DNA of 48,038 nucleotides, from the IMG/VR virus record IMGVR_UViG_3300011840_000036, positions 1-48,038 of that record; one strand, written 5' to 3'. The position numbers and the translations under genes were made by a program. The notes below the pieces were generated by a model. It was not told the origin of the DNA, did no database searches, and worked only from the letters and a program-made list of their open reading frames with translations. The DNA comes from a virus (taxonomy: Duplodnaviria; Heunggongvirae; Uroviricota; Caudoviricetes). Positions 18,442 to 26,903 of the stretch are shown piece by piece. Within the stretch, counting starts at the first letter, position 1. Every line of letters begins with the position of its first letter.

Positions 18442-19060
18442 TTCAAAGTTCGGGGTTACAAGTGCTCGCTTCCACTACTTTGGTTTTTACAATTATAGTT
18501 TTTGGGAGAATCTTCATGGGGCGTGCTTCATCCTTTGCAATTCGCTGATCCTGGTGTATGAGACAATGAAGTCCATGCGGTAACGAAGGTCGGATATCTG
18601 CTCGGTTTTATTCTGGTAATTTGGGGCCTTCGCTTTTTACGGATGCGGGCAGCACAAGGTTATTGGGGCGACGGCCATCATTGTTGCATTTGCAGGAGTT
18701 ATTCTGAGTCCGACAAGAATATGCTGTTGAGTGCACGGCTGGCTGAAAGAAACTGCCACCTGAAGAATGGTGAATTTATTTAGTAGGGGATCCTGGATGA
18801 AATTGAACGGGATGATAACTCCGAAATTAGTCCACTGAGGAATGCCTTATACAAGAGATCATGGATAACCCTCGGGCATTTACAGGAAGCAAACGCCACT
18901 TACTTCACTACCCCGGAGAAGTGGGGACTGTCAATATGACAGATAACAAAATCTGAAAATGAGTCTCTCCAGTTGAGAAATATACGATGAAGGAGCATTC
19001 TGTTCAGCGCAAAGTAATCCGTTTTGTGATGAATAATCTCGAGAGTCATTTTTCATTCCT

Positions 19061-19089
19061 GCCAGCCTCCCCAGAGCTGGCTTTTTTTT
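19061..19089 (+). terminator. Rho-independent terminator upstream of the lysis genes (tR'-like candidate)
   Basis: GCCAGC...GCTGGC stem followed by TTTTTTTT. Confidence 0.6.
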
Positions 19090-19154
19090 GAGGCCTGTTC
19101 TGACGGGCTTTGTTGTATTCGCTCCACGTCCCATACATATCAAATCTGAATAAC

Positions 19155-19200
19155 ACCACACAAAGGCATCTGCGGATGTCTTTGGTGTGGTGTTTTTTTT
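19155..19200 (+). terminator. Second hairpin plus T-run directly upstream of the holin gene
   Basis: Imperfect long inverted repeat CCACACAAAGGCATC...GATGTCTTTGGTGTGG followed by TTTTTTTT. Confidence 0.5.
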
Positions 19201-19240
19201 GGTCCGCTGGTGGCCTTTTTTAATTTACAGGAGAAAAAGT

Positions 19241-19633
19241 ATGTCTGAACCCTTATCCGGTTCCGGCACAGCTGCTGCGCTCGGTGGGGCGACTGTTTTC
19301 GGGCTGTTTACCGGAACGGATTTCGGGATTGTGTTTGGCGCATTTGCGGGGGCGTTGTTTGTTGCAACGATACCGCAGGCGCTTTCAGCATGGCGGGTGG
19401 CGGCACATTTTCTTGTGTCATTTATCGTCGGCGTACTGGGTGCGCGTTTGCTTTCAGCCTGGGTGGCATCAAAAACTGGTTATGACGGCACGTCTGCAGA
19501 TGCATTGTGTGCGGTGCTGGTATCGCTGGTGTCGGTAAAGATTATGTCATTCATCCACCAGCAGGATATCGCATCACTGGTGTCTGGTCTGTTCTCGCGC
19601 CTGCGGGGCGGAGGAGGCGGCAATGTTAAGTAA
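19241..19633 (+). CDS. Putative holin/lysis membrane protein
   Basis: 130-aa hydrophobic protein with Gly/Ala-rich TM segments, first gene of the cluster preceding the endolysin; AGGAG RBS. Confidence 0.5.
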   Translation: MSEPLSGSGTAAALGGATVFGLFTGTDFGIVFGAFAGALFVATIPQALSAWRVAAHFLVSFIVGVLGARLLSAWVASKTGYDGTSADALCAVLVSLVSVKIMSFIHQQDIASLVSGLFSRLRGGGGGNVK

Positions 19634-19898
19634 CCTTCCCGGATTGCTGAATGTGGCGTTATGCACGGTTATCGTGCTGACGCTCTTTTTTTATCGTCGT
19701 CGTGACTCCAGGCACAAACCGCTGATGTCATGGCTGGCCTGGCTGCTGATGCTGCTGTATGCCTTTGCCCCCCTCAGCTATCTGTGTGGTCGCTCGTTAG
19801 CAACGGGCTGGCTGGAGGTGTTTTTTAATCTGCTGTTCTGCGTGCTGGTGATACGCGCACGCGGGAACGTCACAAGAATCTTTCCATTGTTGAGGTGA
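19623..19898 (+). CDS. Putative second lysis membrane protein (holin/antiholin-like, about 3 TM segments)
   Basis: 91-aa hydrophobic ORF overlapping both neighbours. Confidence 0.45.
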   Translation: MLSNLPGLLNVALCTVIVLTLFFYRRRDSRHKPLMSWLAWLLMLLYAFAPLSYLCGRSLATGWLEVFFNLLFCVLVIRARGNVTRIFPLLR

Positions 19899-20278
19899 AT
19901 ATGTCGGGTAAATTCAGATTCAGCCGCCGGAGCGAGAAAAATCTGGAGGGTGTCAGACCACAGCTGGTTGCTGTAGTTCGCCGTGCCCTTGAACTGACGG
20001 AGGTTGATTTTGGTATTACGGAAGGTCTGCGCACGAAAGAGCGCCAGAAACAACTGGTCGCGGAAGGAAAAAGCCAGACCATGAACAGCCGCCACCTGAC
20101 CGGTGATGCGGTGGATGTTGTGGCCTACATTGGCAGCCAGGTGTCATGGGACTGGCCTCTGTACGAGAAAATCGCGCAGGCATTTAAGCAGGCTGCCGCA
20201 GAGCTGGGAACTGCCATCGAATGGGGCGGCGACTGGAAAACACTGAAAGACGGACCTCATTTTCAGTTGAAACGCTGA
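19895..20278 (+). CDS. Endolysin, L-alanyl-D-glutamate peptidase (peptidase M15 family)
   Basis: 127-aa ORF with SRHLTGDAVD ... GGDW ... DGPHFQ motifs typical of M15 zinc peptidase endolysins. Confidence 0.8.
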   Translation: MNMSGKFRFSRRSEKNLEGVRPQLVAVVRRALELTEVDFGITEGLRTKERQKQLVAEGKSQTMNSRHLTGDAVDVVAYIGSQVSWDWPLYEKIAQAFKQAAAELGTAIEWGGDWKTLKDGPHFQLKR

Positions 20279-20292
20279 TAACCAGGTGGGTT

Positions 20293-20475
20293 ATGAGCAG
20301 AAAACACTGGACACACAGAATGCCGCGAGCGGCGGTGAAATGGGCACTGGTAGCGATACTGGTGCCTTTTTTCCTGGTGGGATGCGTCAGCCTGGATAAA
20401 GCGCGCCAGCTTTTCGATACAGCTTCTCAGGTCTGTGAAATTGTCGACGATGTTCGGCAGTGTCTGCAGAACTGA
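20293..20475 (+). CDS. Lysis-associated lipoprotein (lipobox LVGC; possible spanin component)
   Basis: 60-aa product MSRKHWTHRMPRAAVKWALVAILVPFFLVGC... with signal peptide plus lipobox, immediately after the endolysin. Confidence 0.5.
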   Translation: MSRKHWTHRMPRAAVKWALVAILVPFFLVGCVSLDKARQLFDTASQVCEIVDDVRQCLQN

Positions 20476-20646
20476 TCGCCTGTAAGAGCAGAATATTTTG
20501 CTGAAAAATGAAGGGTGCGTCAGCGACCGGAAAGCATGAAATTCTGTGTTTGTGGTTATTCAATAAAATAAATTCTTTATGTCGCCGCGAATACTCAAAT
20601 GTTGATCAGTATCCGGTGCGGCGACGGGCTTAGATATCAGGAGACG

Positions 20647-20946
20647 ATGATGGAAAAAACAGAAAACAAACCGTTTGTAATTGGTGCTGATGCTGCTCCG
20701 TTTAAGTTTGAGTTGTCTCAACTGGTGGAGATGCGCATCAGTGATGAATGGGGTGAGATTAAAGCCCGCGCGCAGTATGCGGATGGCGAAAACCAGTACC
20801 TGATCCACTACAAAGCAGCTGATGGTCGCGCCACGACGGAGTGGTTTGGTGAGTCAATGCTGGAAGCAACAGAAGATAAGCGTCATCCTGGTTGTCCGGT
20901 ATTTGCCGGTATGGAATTACCGGAAGGTGCGGTAGTTACTGAGTAA
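20647..20946 (+). CDS. Hypothetical protein
   Basis: 99-aa ORF from MMEKTENKPF... with AGGAG RBS, between the lysis and packaging modules. Confidence 0.45.
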   Translation: MMEKTENKPFVIGADAAPFKFELSQLVEMRISDEWGEIKARAQYADGENQYLIHYKAADGRATTEWFGESMLEATEDKRHPGCPVFAGMELPEGAVVTE

Positions 20947-21005
20947 CAGCATTACAGCAGCCCTTCAGTGAGGGGCTGCGATAATGCAGCATGAGAAGGT
21001 GGAAT

Positions 21006-21671
21006 ATGGCTGACCTTAACGACCTTCACAGACAGCTTCTGGGAATGCAGAAGCAGGTGCGTTTTGCCACTGCGCGCGCCATCACTGCCACGGTGAGAAA
21101 AATTGAAGCGGCAGAGAAAGAAAACCTTCGCCGGAAGCTGGATAACCCGACGCCGTTCACCGTGAACTCGGTGCGCTCAAAAGGGGCAACAAGGGACAAT
21201 CTGACCGGTCGGGTGTTCATCATGGATACCGCCGTGCCTTACCTTGAACCCTTTGAGGTGGGCGGGCTGCATTATCTCGGTGAGGGGCAGAAAGCTGTAC
21301 TGAACCCGAAAAATATCCGGCTGAACAAATACGGCAACCTGCCAAAGGCAAAACTGCAACAGCTGAAGGCCAGACCGGATGTGTTCATCGGTAAGGTGAC
21401 GAACAACTATGGTGAGGATGTTGGTGGCGTCTGGCAGCGTAAGAAAGCGAAAAAAGTGGCAAAAACCAGGAAGCGGAGAAAACGCTCCCCCAATGGCACA
21501 CGCGCTCCCCGCAAAAAAAGCCGCTCACCAAAGCTGTTGATACGTTTTGGTGATGCACTGCCGGTCACGCCGGTACTGGGTTATCAGGCGCTGGCACACA
21601 ACATGGCATCGCGTCTCATGAAGACGGAGCTGAGTGTGGCGCTTGAACAGGCTTTAAAGACGGCGAAGTGA
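21006..21671 (+). CDS. Hypothetical protein with highly basic Lys/Arg segment
   Basis: 221-aa ORF containing RKKAKKVAKTRKRRKRSPNGTRAPRKKSRSPK; no family recognised. Confidence 0.5.
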   Translation: MADLNDLHRQLLGMQKQVRFATARAITATVRKIEAAEKENLRRKLDNPTPFTVNSVRSKGATRDNLTGRVFIMDTAVPYLEPFEVGGLHYLGEGQKAVLNPKNIRLNKYGNLPKAKLQQLKARPDVFIGKVTNNYGEDVGGVWQRKKAKKVAKTRKRRKRSPNGTRAPRKKSRSPKLLIRFGDALPVTPVLGYQALAHNMASRLMKTELSVALEQALKTAK

Positions 21672-21719
21672 TGCAGGGCATTGTTGCCCTGAAGAAAGAA
21701 CGTGCCAGCAGCGTTTTTA

Positions 21720-21911
21720 TTAACGTGATTCATGGCGAGAGTAACCACACTCTCTGCAAACATAAATGTCCCGCTGAAGGCCTAATACTCCAAACGTTGG
21801 ATCATTTTCAGTTCTGTCGAGCTGAAAAGACGCTTTTTGGCATTTGGGACAGAATTGTGCGCTGGTTGCAGAACAATGGTTCGATTCCAGTTCAGCAACT
21901 CTTCGCTTCAA
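21720..21911 (-). CDS. Putative zinc-ribbon protein (two CxxC pairs), opposite strand
   Basis: 63-aa ORF with CPKC ... CREC; TTG start with AGGAAA upstream; conflicts with the overlapping plus-strand ORF 21668..22000. Confidence 0.35.
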   Translation of the reverse strand: MKRRVAELESNHCSATSAQFCPKCQKASFQLDRTENDPTFGVLGLQRDIYVCRECGYSRHESR

Positions 21912-21996
21912 ATCTTCTATTTCCTGTGGGACTGACTGAAGTTTTTTTCAGAGTGGTATCTTTTCCAGAAGTGTATTTAATTCGGAGAGTATTCCC

Positions 21997-22200
21997 ATGA
22001 ATAACCTCATAAACAAAACTCACATTAGCGAACGCGGCATAGCGATATGCCGCCCCGTTGTTTCATATCTTGATGTTGAAAGAGATGAATCCGGGGGCAG
22101 GACATTGTATATCCACCGCACAGGAGGTGAAACGCTCGTGTTCCCTCTCAATAAGGAGGCGACCTGCCATCTGGTTGCGTTATTGTCTGATGAAACGTGA
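21997..22200 (+). CDS. Hypothetical protein
   Basis: 67-aa ORF just upstream of the cos-like region. Confidence 0.4.
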   Translation: MNNLINKTHISERGIAICRPVVSYLDVERDESGGRTLYIHRTGGETLVFPLNKEATCHLVALLSDET

Positions 22201-22339
22201 GGAAATATATGAAAACCATCAGTCGTGAAAAAATCATCACAGGGTTTTGTGATGGCATTGTGATTTATCGTTATCTTGAGATTTTTGAAACCGCAAGCGG
22301 GTGTCGACACTGTCGCCTGGCAGGGTAACGGGTCCTTCC

Positions 22340-22431
22340 TGGAGACCTTATTGCACGGGCATTGCGCGAGCGCGGTGTTTCGCTAGCTATAAAATTTTGA
22401 AATTTGGGTAACAGGTAACAGAGGGTAACAG
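22340..22431. other. Candidate cos region (cosN/cosB-like) upstream of the small terminase gene
   Basis: GGGCATTGCGCGAG-CGCGGTGTTTCGCTAGCTATAAAATTTTGAAATTTGG resembles the lambda left-end sequence as recalled (GGGCGGCGACCT-CGCGGGTTTTCGCTATTTATGAAAATTTTCC); lies directly upstream of the Nu1-like gene. Confidence 0.5.
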
Positions 22432-22690
22432 ATGAATCAGGCGGAATTCGCAAAACTTCACGGTGTCAGTCGCAAGACGGTAACGGCGTGGAAGGCCCGT
22501 GGCTGGCTGGTTCTGGACGGTGAGGACATCGATGTTGATGCCTCAAACGAGCGGATCCGGCGTTACCGGAAAACTGTTACCCGAATAAAAAATGAGCAAA
22601 AAGGTAACACTTTAGGTAACAGGGTAACATCCGAAGGTAACACTCCGGGTAACAACGAAGGTAACACTCCGGGTAACAACGAAGGTAACA
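22407..22690. repeat. Cluster of about 12 GGTAACA heptamers (3 upstream of terS, 9 inside it encoding Gly-Asn repeats, plus one inverted copy)
   Basis: Direct copies read at about 22407, 22414, 22424, 22603, 22615, 22623, 22636, 22648, 22660, 22672 and 22684; inverted TGTTACC at about 22576. Confidence 0.7.
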
Positions 22691-23073
22691 GCATTGCCCT
22701 GTACGATGACTCCTCTGATGTATCGAAAGAAGCACGGGTCGAACAGTTCATTGCCAGCCACGGAGCCATGATGACGCTCGATGAAGCCAGAACCATGAAA
22801 GAGAACTACTTCGCGCTGCTGGCAAAACTCGAGTATGACGAAAAGAAAGGAACACTGCTTCCCTGGAAACCCATCATTGAGCGGGTCGGGGCGGAGTATA
22901 CCCGGGTGAGGACGCGCCTTGTTGCCCTTGCGCCGGAACATGGTCCCCGTCTGCGGGCGCTGGCGGGGATGACAGACGATCAGGGATTCACGGCGGCATT
23001 GCAGGAACTGATTTACGAGGCGCTGAATGAACTTGCATTTGACAGGCGCGAAACCCACGGAGATACAGTTTGA
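22432..23073 (+). CDS. Terminase small subunit (lambda Nu1-like, N-terminal HTH)
   Basis: 213-aa ORF; N-terminus MNQAEFAKLHGVSRKTVTAWKARGW resembles the Nu1 DNA-binding domain; overlaps the terL start; internal GNTPGNNE repeats. Confidence 0.85.
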   Translation: MNQAEFAKLHGVSRKTVTAWKARGWLVLDGEDIDVDASNERIRRYRKTVTRIKNEQKGNTLGNRVTSEGNTPGNNEGNTPGNNEGNSIALYDDSSDVSKEARVEQFIASHGAMMTLDEARTMKENYFALLAKLEYDEKKGTLLPWKPIIERVGAEYTRVRTRLVALAPEHGPRLRALAGMTDDQGFTAALQELIYEALNELAFDRRETHGDTV

Positions 23074-25006
23074 GGATGCGCTGCTTTCGTGTCCGCGTTA
23101 TCTTGCGCCTCCGCCTCCATTATCCTTAAGTCAGTGGGCCAACACCTTCGCTGTACTGTCCCGTGAGACCAGTGCCCAGACGGGGAAATTCCGCTCCTAT
23201 CCCTATCAGGACGGCATAATGGATGCCATCACCGACCCGTCAGTCACGTATGTGTCTGTGATGAAATCAGCCCGTGTGGGATACACGAAAATTCTTGATC
23301 ATGTGGTGGGCTATTACCTGGCACATGATCCGTCCCCCATCCTGGTGGTTCAGCCGAGGGTGGAGGATGCCGAAGACTACAGTAAAACCGAAATTGCCCC
23401 GATGCTGCGCGACACGCCGGTGCTGGCAGGCATCAGCGGCGACCCGAAGGCAAAAAACAGCAACCAGACCATTCTTCGCAAAACCTTTTCCAACGGCGCA
23501 AACCTCACGCTGGTCGGGGCCAACTCCCCCGGCGGTTTTCGCCGTATCACATGCCGCATCATCCTTTTTGATGAGGTGGACGGGTATCCGGCAGGGGGCG
23601 CAGGGTCCGAAGGGGATCAGATTGCGCTGGGAACAAAACGTTCCGAAACCTTCTGGAACCGCAAGATTGTTCTCGGCTCAACGCCAACCGTGAAAGGCGT
23701 GAGCCGTATTGAAAAAGCCTGGCTGGAAAGCGATCAGCGCCGCTACTTCGTGCCCTGTCCTCACTGCGGTGAATATCAGGTGCTGGAGTGGGGCAGCAAA
23801 AGCACCCCTTACGGCATCAAGTGGGAAAAGGACAGCGAAGGTAACGGGCTGCCGGAGACCGCTTACTACCTGTGCCGCCACCACGGCTGTGTGATTGTGC
23901 ACAGTGAACTGCCCGGGATGCTGGAAAAAGGCGAATGGCGCGCCGGTGCACCATTCAGGGGGCATGCCGGTTTTCATATCTGGACGGGCTACAGCCCGCA
24001 CTCAAATGCCTCCTGGCCGAATCTGGTCGCCGAATGGCTGAGGGTGAAGGACGATCCGCTGATGCGCCAGACATTCATCAATACCACGCTGGGCGAGCCT
24101 TACGAGGATGCAGGCGAGTTTGCGATGAGTGAGCAGCGGCTGATCGCCCGCGTTGAGGTCTGGGGGGCGGAGGTGCCGTATGGCGTGCTCCTGCTCACCG
24201 CCGGGGTGGATACGCAGGATGACCGCTTCGAAATCACCGTTCTCGGCTGGGGCATGAACGAAGAATGCTGGGTGATTGCGCATGACATGATTTTTGGTGA
24301 CCTTGAAACAGAAGAGCCGTGGGAGCGCCTTGATGCGTATCTGAAGCAGGTCTGGCGGCGGGCTGACGGTTTCGGGCTGACGCTCTCGGCGGTCTGCCAT
24401 GACTCGGGCGGTCATCACACCAACAAAGTGTATGAGTTCTCGAAGGCGCGTATCGGGCGTCGTATCTGGGCGACAAAAGGTGAGTCGGCGACGGGCGGTA
24501 AACGTAACCCTGTCTGGCCGACGCGTGTCGTTTCGTCCCGCAACCGGAAATCCTTCCGCCCCGTCATTCTGGGGGTGAACTCCGCGAAGGACGACATCAG
24601 GCACCGGCTCCATATTGAGCCGGATCCGGCAGGCGCGCCTGCCGCAGGCTGTATCCATTTTCCGTCGTTTCTGGATTTGCATTATTTCAGTCAGCTGCTC
24701 TCTGAGCGTCTGGTGCGTAAGGAGAACGGCGGGCAGGTGTACCGTGTCTGGGAGCTGTCTGCCGGACGGGCGAATGAGGCGCTGGACTGCATGGTGTACG
24801 GTTACGCGGCCCTGAAGGGGCTGCTGCATCACGGTCTGAAACTGAACCGTCTGGCTGAACGGGCGGCGCAGGATCTGTCATTCATGGAGCCGCCTCCCGC
24901 GCAGCCGGAAGAAAAAATCAGTTTAAGTATGCCGGGCGCAAAAGCACCGGAGACACCCCGTAAGAAAATACCGCTGCATATGAGGCTTGCAGGAGTGAGA
25001 CGATGA
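23027..25006 (+). CDS. Terminase large subunit (lambda gpA-like)
   Basis: 659-aa ORF with extensive similarity by eye to lambda gpA (KSARVGYTK..., FDEVDGYP..., CPHCGEYQ..., FINTTLGEPYE). Confidence 0.95.
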   Translation: MNLHLTGAKPTEIQFEDALLSCPRYLAPPPPLSLSQWANTFAVLSRETSAQTGKFRSYPYQDGIMDAITDPSVTYVSVMKSARVGYTKILDHVVGYYLAHDPSPILVVQPRVEDAEDYSKTEIAPMLRDTPVLAGISGDPKAKNSNQTILRKTFSNGANLTLVGANSPGGFRRITCRIILFDEVDGYPAGGAGSEGDQIALGTKRSETFWNRKIVLGSTPTVKGVSRIEKAWLESDQRRYFVPCPHCGEYQVLEWGSKSTPYGIKWEKDSEGNGLPETAYYLCRHHGCVIVHSELPGMLEKGEWRAGAPFRGHAGFHIWTGYSPHSNASWPNLVAEWLRVKDDPLMRQTFINTTLGEPYEDAGEFAMSEQRLIARVEVWGAEVPYGVLLLTAGVDTQDDRFEITVLGWGMNEECWVIAHDMIFGDLETEEPWERLDAYLKQVWRRADGFGLTLSAVCHDSGGHHTNKVYEFSKARIGRRIWATKGESATGGKRNPVWPTRVVSSRNRKSFRPVILGVNSAKDDIRHRLHIEPDPAGAPAAGCIHFPSFLDLHYFSQLLSERLVRKENGGQVYRVWELSAGRANEALDCMVYGYAALKGLLHHGLKLNRLAERAAQDLSFMEPPPAQPEEKISLSMPGAKAPETPRKKIPLHMRLAGVRR

Positions 25007-25254
25007 TGAATCCCCCCGGCGTGTTTGCCGGAATGTCAAAAGAACAACTGAAGGCGGCACTGAATGAAGCTCAGGCGGCCTATATTGAGCTGCTTTCAGG
25101 GCGACGTGGCGTGAGTTTCTCCTATGCACAGGGAGACGGCACGCGCACCGTGACTTATTCACAGGCCAGCAGTGCTGATTTGCTGGCGCTGATCGCGACG
25201 CTCCAGCGGGCGCTGGGGATAAGGACGAGAAGGTCTCTGAGCGTGCGTTACTGA
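25003..25254 (+). CDS. Head-tail joining protein (lambda gpW-like)
   Basis: 83-aa ORF between terL and portal, start overlapping the terL stop. Confidence 0.7.
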   Translation: MMNPPGVFAGMSKEQLKAALNEAQAAYIELLSGRRGVSFSYAQGDGTRTVTYSQASSADLLALIATLQRALGIRTRRSLSVRY

Positions 25255-25262
25255 GGTGAGCG

Positions 25263-26903
25263 ATGATAGTCGATAAAAATGGCAGACCTTTTCCGCAACA
25301 GACGGAAAAAAAACGCGCACTGAATGACAGCGGGCGGATCCCCTACGACTCTGCCGGTTTCTCGCACGGTTCGGTGGCGGGCTGGAACCCGGTACTGTGG
25401 TCACCGGACAATGAAGTGAATATCTGGCGTAACCGTATGGTTGCCAGAATGCGCGACCTTGTCCGCAATGACGGCTGGGCGAATGGCAGTATCACCCGTC
25501 TGCTGGACAATGCCATGGGGGTGGTTTTTCGCCCGAGGATGAAGCCTGACTACCGGATGCTGGCAGAGATGACCGGCAACCGGGCATTTGATGCAGACTG
25601 GGCGGATGAGTACGGGCGCTGTGTGGAGGCACACTGGCGCAACTGGGCCAGTGATGCCGGGTGTTACTGCGACCTTGAACGCAGACAGACCCTGCCGCAG
25701 CTTTTCCGGCTGGCATTCCGCCACAAGATGATCGACGGCGATGCGCTGGCGGTCATCCACTGGCGACCGGACAGAATAGCCCCCGGTCGCGGGCGTTACG
25801 GTACGGTGGTACAGGTGATTGACCCCGACCGGCTGAGTAACCCGAACGATGCGTTTGACATGCCGCATATTCGTGGCGGTGTGGAAATTGACGCGGACGG
25901 GGTGCCGGTAGCCTATCACATCCGGTCCGCACACATGGGGGACTGGTGGAGCGGCAGTGACACGATGCACTGGGAACGCGTGCCGCGTGAAACGTCGTGG
26001 GGAAGGCCGGTGGTGGTGCATGACTTTGATCATGACCGTGCGGGCCAGCATCGTGGTGTCGGTATTCTCAATCCCGTGGTTCAGCGTCTGAAAATGCTTA
26101 TCAAGTACGACCAGGTGGAGCTGGAAGCCGCCATCATCAATGCCATGTTCGGTTTTTTCATCACGTCGCCCTATGACCCGAAACTGACAGAAGATCTGAT
26201 GAGTGACGCGGAGGTGATTAATGGCTACCAGGATGCGCGCATGAAGTATCACGATACTAACCGGATTTCGATGTCGGGCGTGCGTATTCCCATCACGTTC
26301 CCCGGCGAAGAGCCAAAAGCCGTGAGCGCCGCCCGCCCGGTCAGTAACTTTAAGGAGTTCGAGGGCACGGTGCTCAGGAATATTGCCGCTGCACTGGGTC
26401 TGTCCACCCAGCAGGTGACACAGGACTGGTCGGACGTTAACTACAGCTCTGCCCGCGCGGCACTCCTTGAGGCGTGGAAAACACTGACCCGCCGTCGTGA
26501 TGAGTTTGCGGTTGGCTTTGCCCAGCCGGTGCTGACGGCGTTTCTGGAAGAGCTGCACGAAGAAGAGGATTTGCCGCTGCCTGCAGGCGCACCGGATTTT
26601 CTGGCGGCGCGGGCCGCTTACACCCGTGCCCACTGGATGGGACCGGGGCGTGGCTGGGTGGATCCGGTCGCGGAGAAAAAAGGGGCGATTCTGGCGATGG
26701 AGGCCGGCATGTCCACGCTGGAAATCGAAGTGGCTGAGAACGTGGGGGAAGATTTCGAGGACATTCTCGATCAGCGGGCGCGAGAAGAGCGGGCCTTTAA
26801 GGAAAGAGGCCTGACACCGCCTTCCTGGTTTCAGGCAGAGCAGTTTGCCCCCACACCGACGGGCAGTGACCCGGCAGAGCCGAAGGAGCCTGATGTTTCA
26901 TGA
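25263..26903 (+). CDS. Portal protein (lambda gpB-like)
   Basis: 546-aa ORF in the portal position, same size class as lambda B. Confidence 0.9.
   Translation: MIVDKNGRPFPQQTEKKRALNDSGRIPYDSAGFSHGSVAGWNPVLWSPDNEVNIWRNRMVARMRDLVRNDGWANGSITRLLDNAMGVVFRPRMKPDYRMLAEMTGNRAFDADWADEYGRCVEAHWRNWASDAGCYCDLERRQTLPQLFRLAFRHKMIDGDALAVIHWRPDRIAPGRGRYGTVVQVIDPDRLSNPNDAFDMPHIRGGVEIDADGVPVAYHIRSAHMGDWWSGSDTMHWERVPRETSWGRPVVVHDFDHDRAGQHRGVGILNPVVQRLKMLIKYDQVELEAAIINAMFGFFITSPYDPKLTEDLMSDAEVINGYQDARMKYHDTNRISMSGVRIPITFPGEEPKAVSAARPVSNFKEFEGTVLRNIAAALGLSTQQVTQDWSDVNYSSARAALLEAWKTLTRRRDEFAVGFAQPVLTAFLEELHEEEDLPLPAGAPDFLAARAAYTRAHWMGPGRGWVDPVAEKKGAILAMEAGMSTLEIEVAENVGEDFEDILDQRAREERAFKERGLTPPSWFQAEQFAPTPTGSDPAEPKEPDVS

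Noticed and set aside
21668-22000. 110-aa plus-strand ORF coupled (TGATG) to the upstream gene
   Set aside because: Not rejected outright, but the translation is Phe/Leu-rich without recognisable features and overlaps the opposite-strand zinc-ribbon ORF; left unannotated pending expression data.
22407-22690. GGTAACA repeat cluster as a possible CRISPR array
   Set aside because: Repeat unit is only 7 bp, spacers are irregular and mostly coding, and there are no cas genes; interpreted as terminase-site or linker repeats instead.
23274-24832. Multiple plus- and minus-strand ORFs (up to 276 aa) inside the large terminase gene
   Set aside because: Arg/Pro/Ala-rich translations typical of off-frame reading of GC-rich coding DNA; the terminase frame is strongly supported.
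25401-26633. 410-aa minus-strand ORF opposite the portal gene
   Set aside because: Antisense to a confidently assigned portal gene; composition is Arg/His/Val-rich low complexity with no start context.
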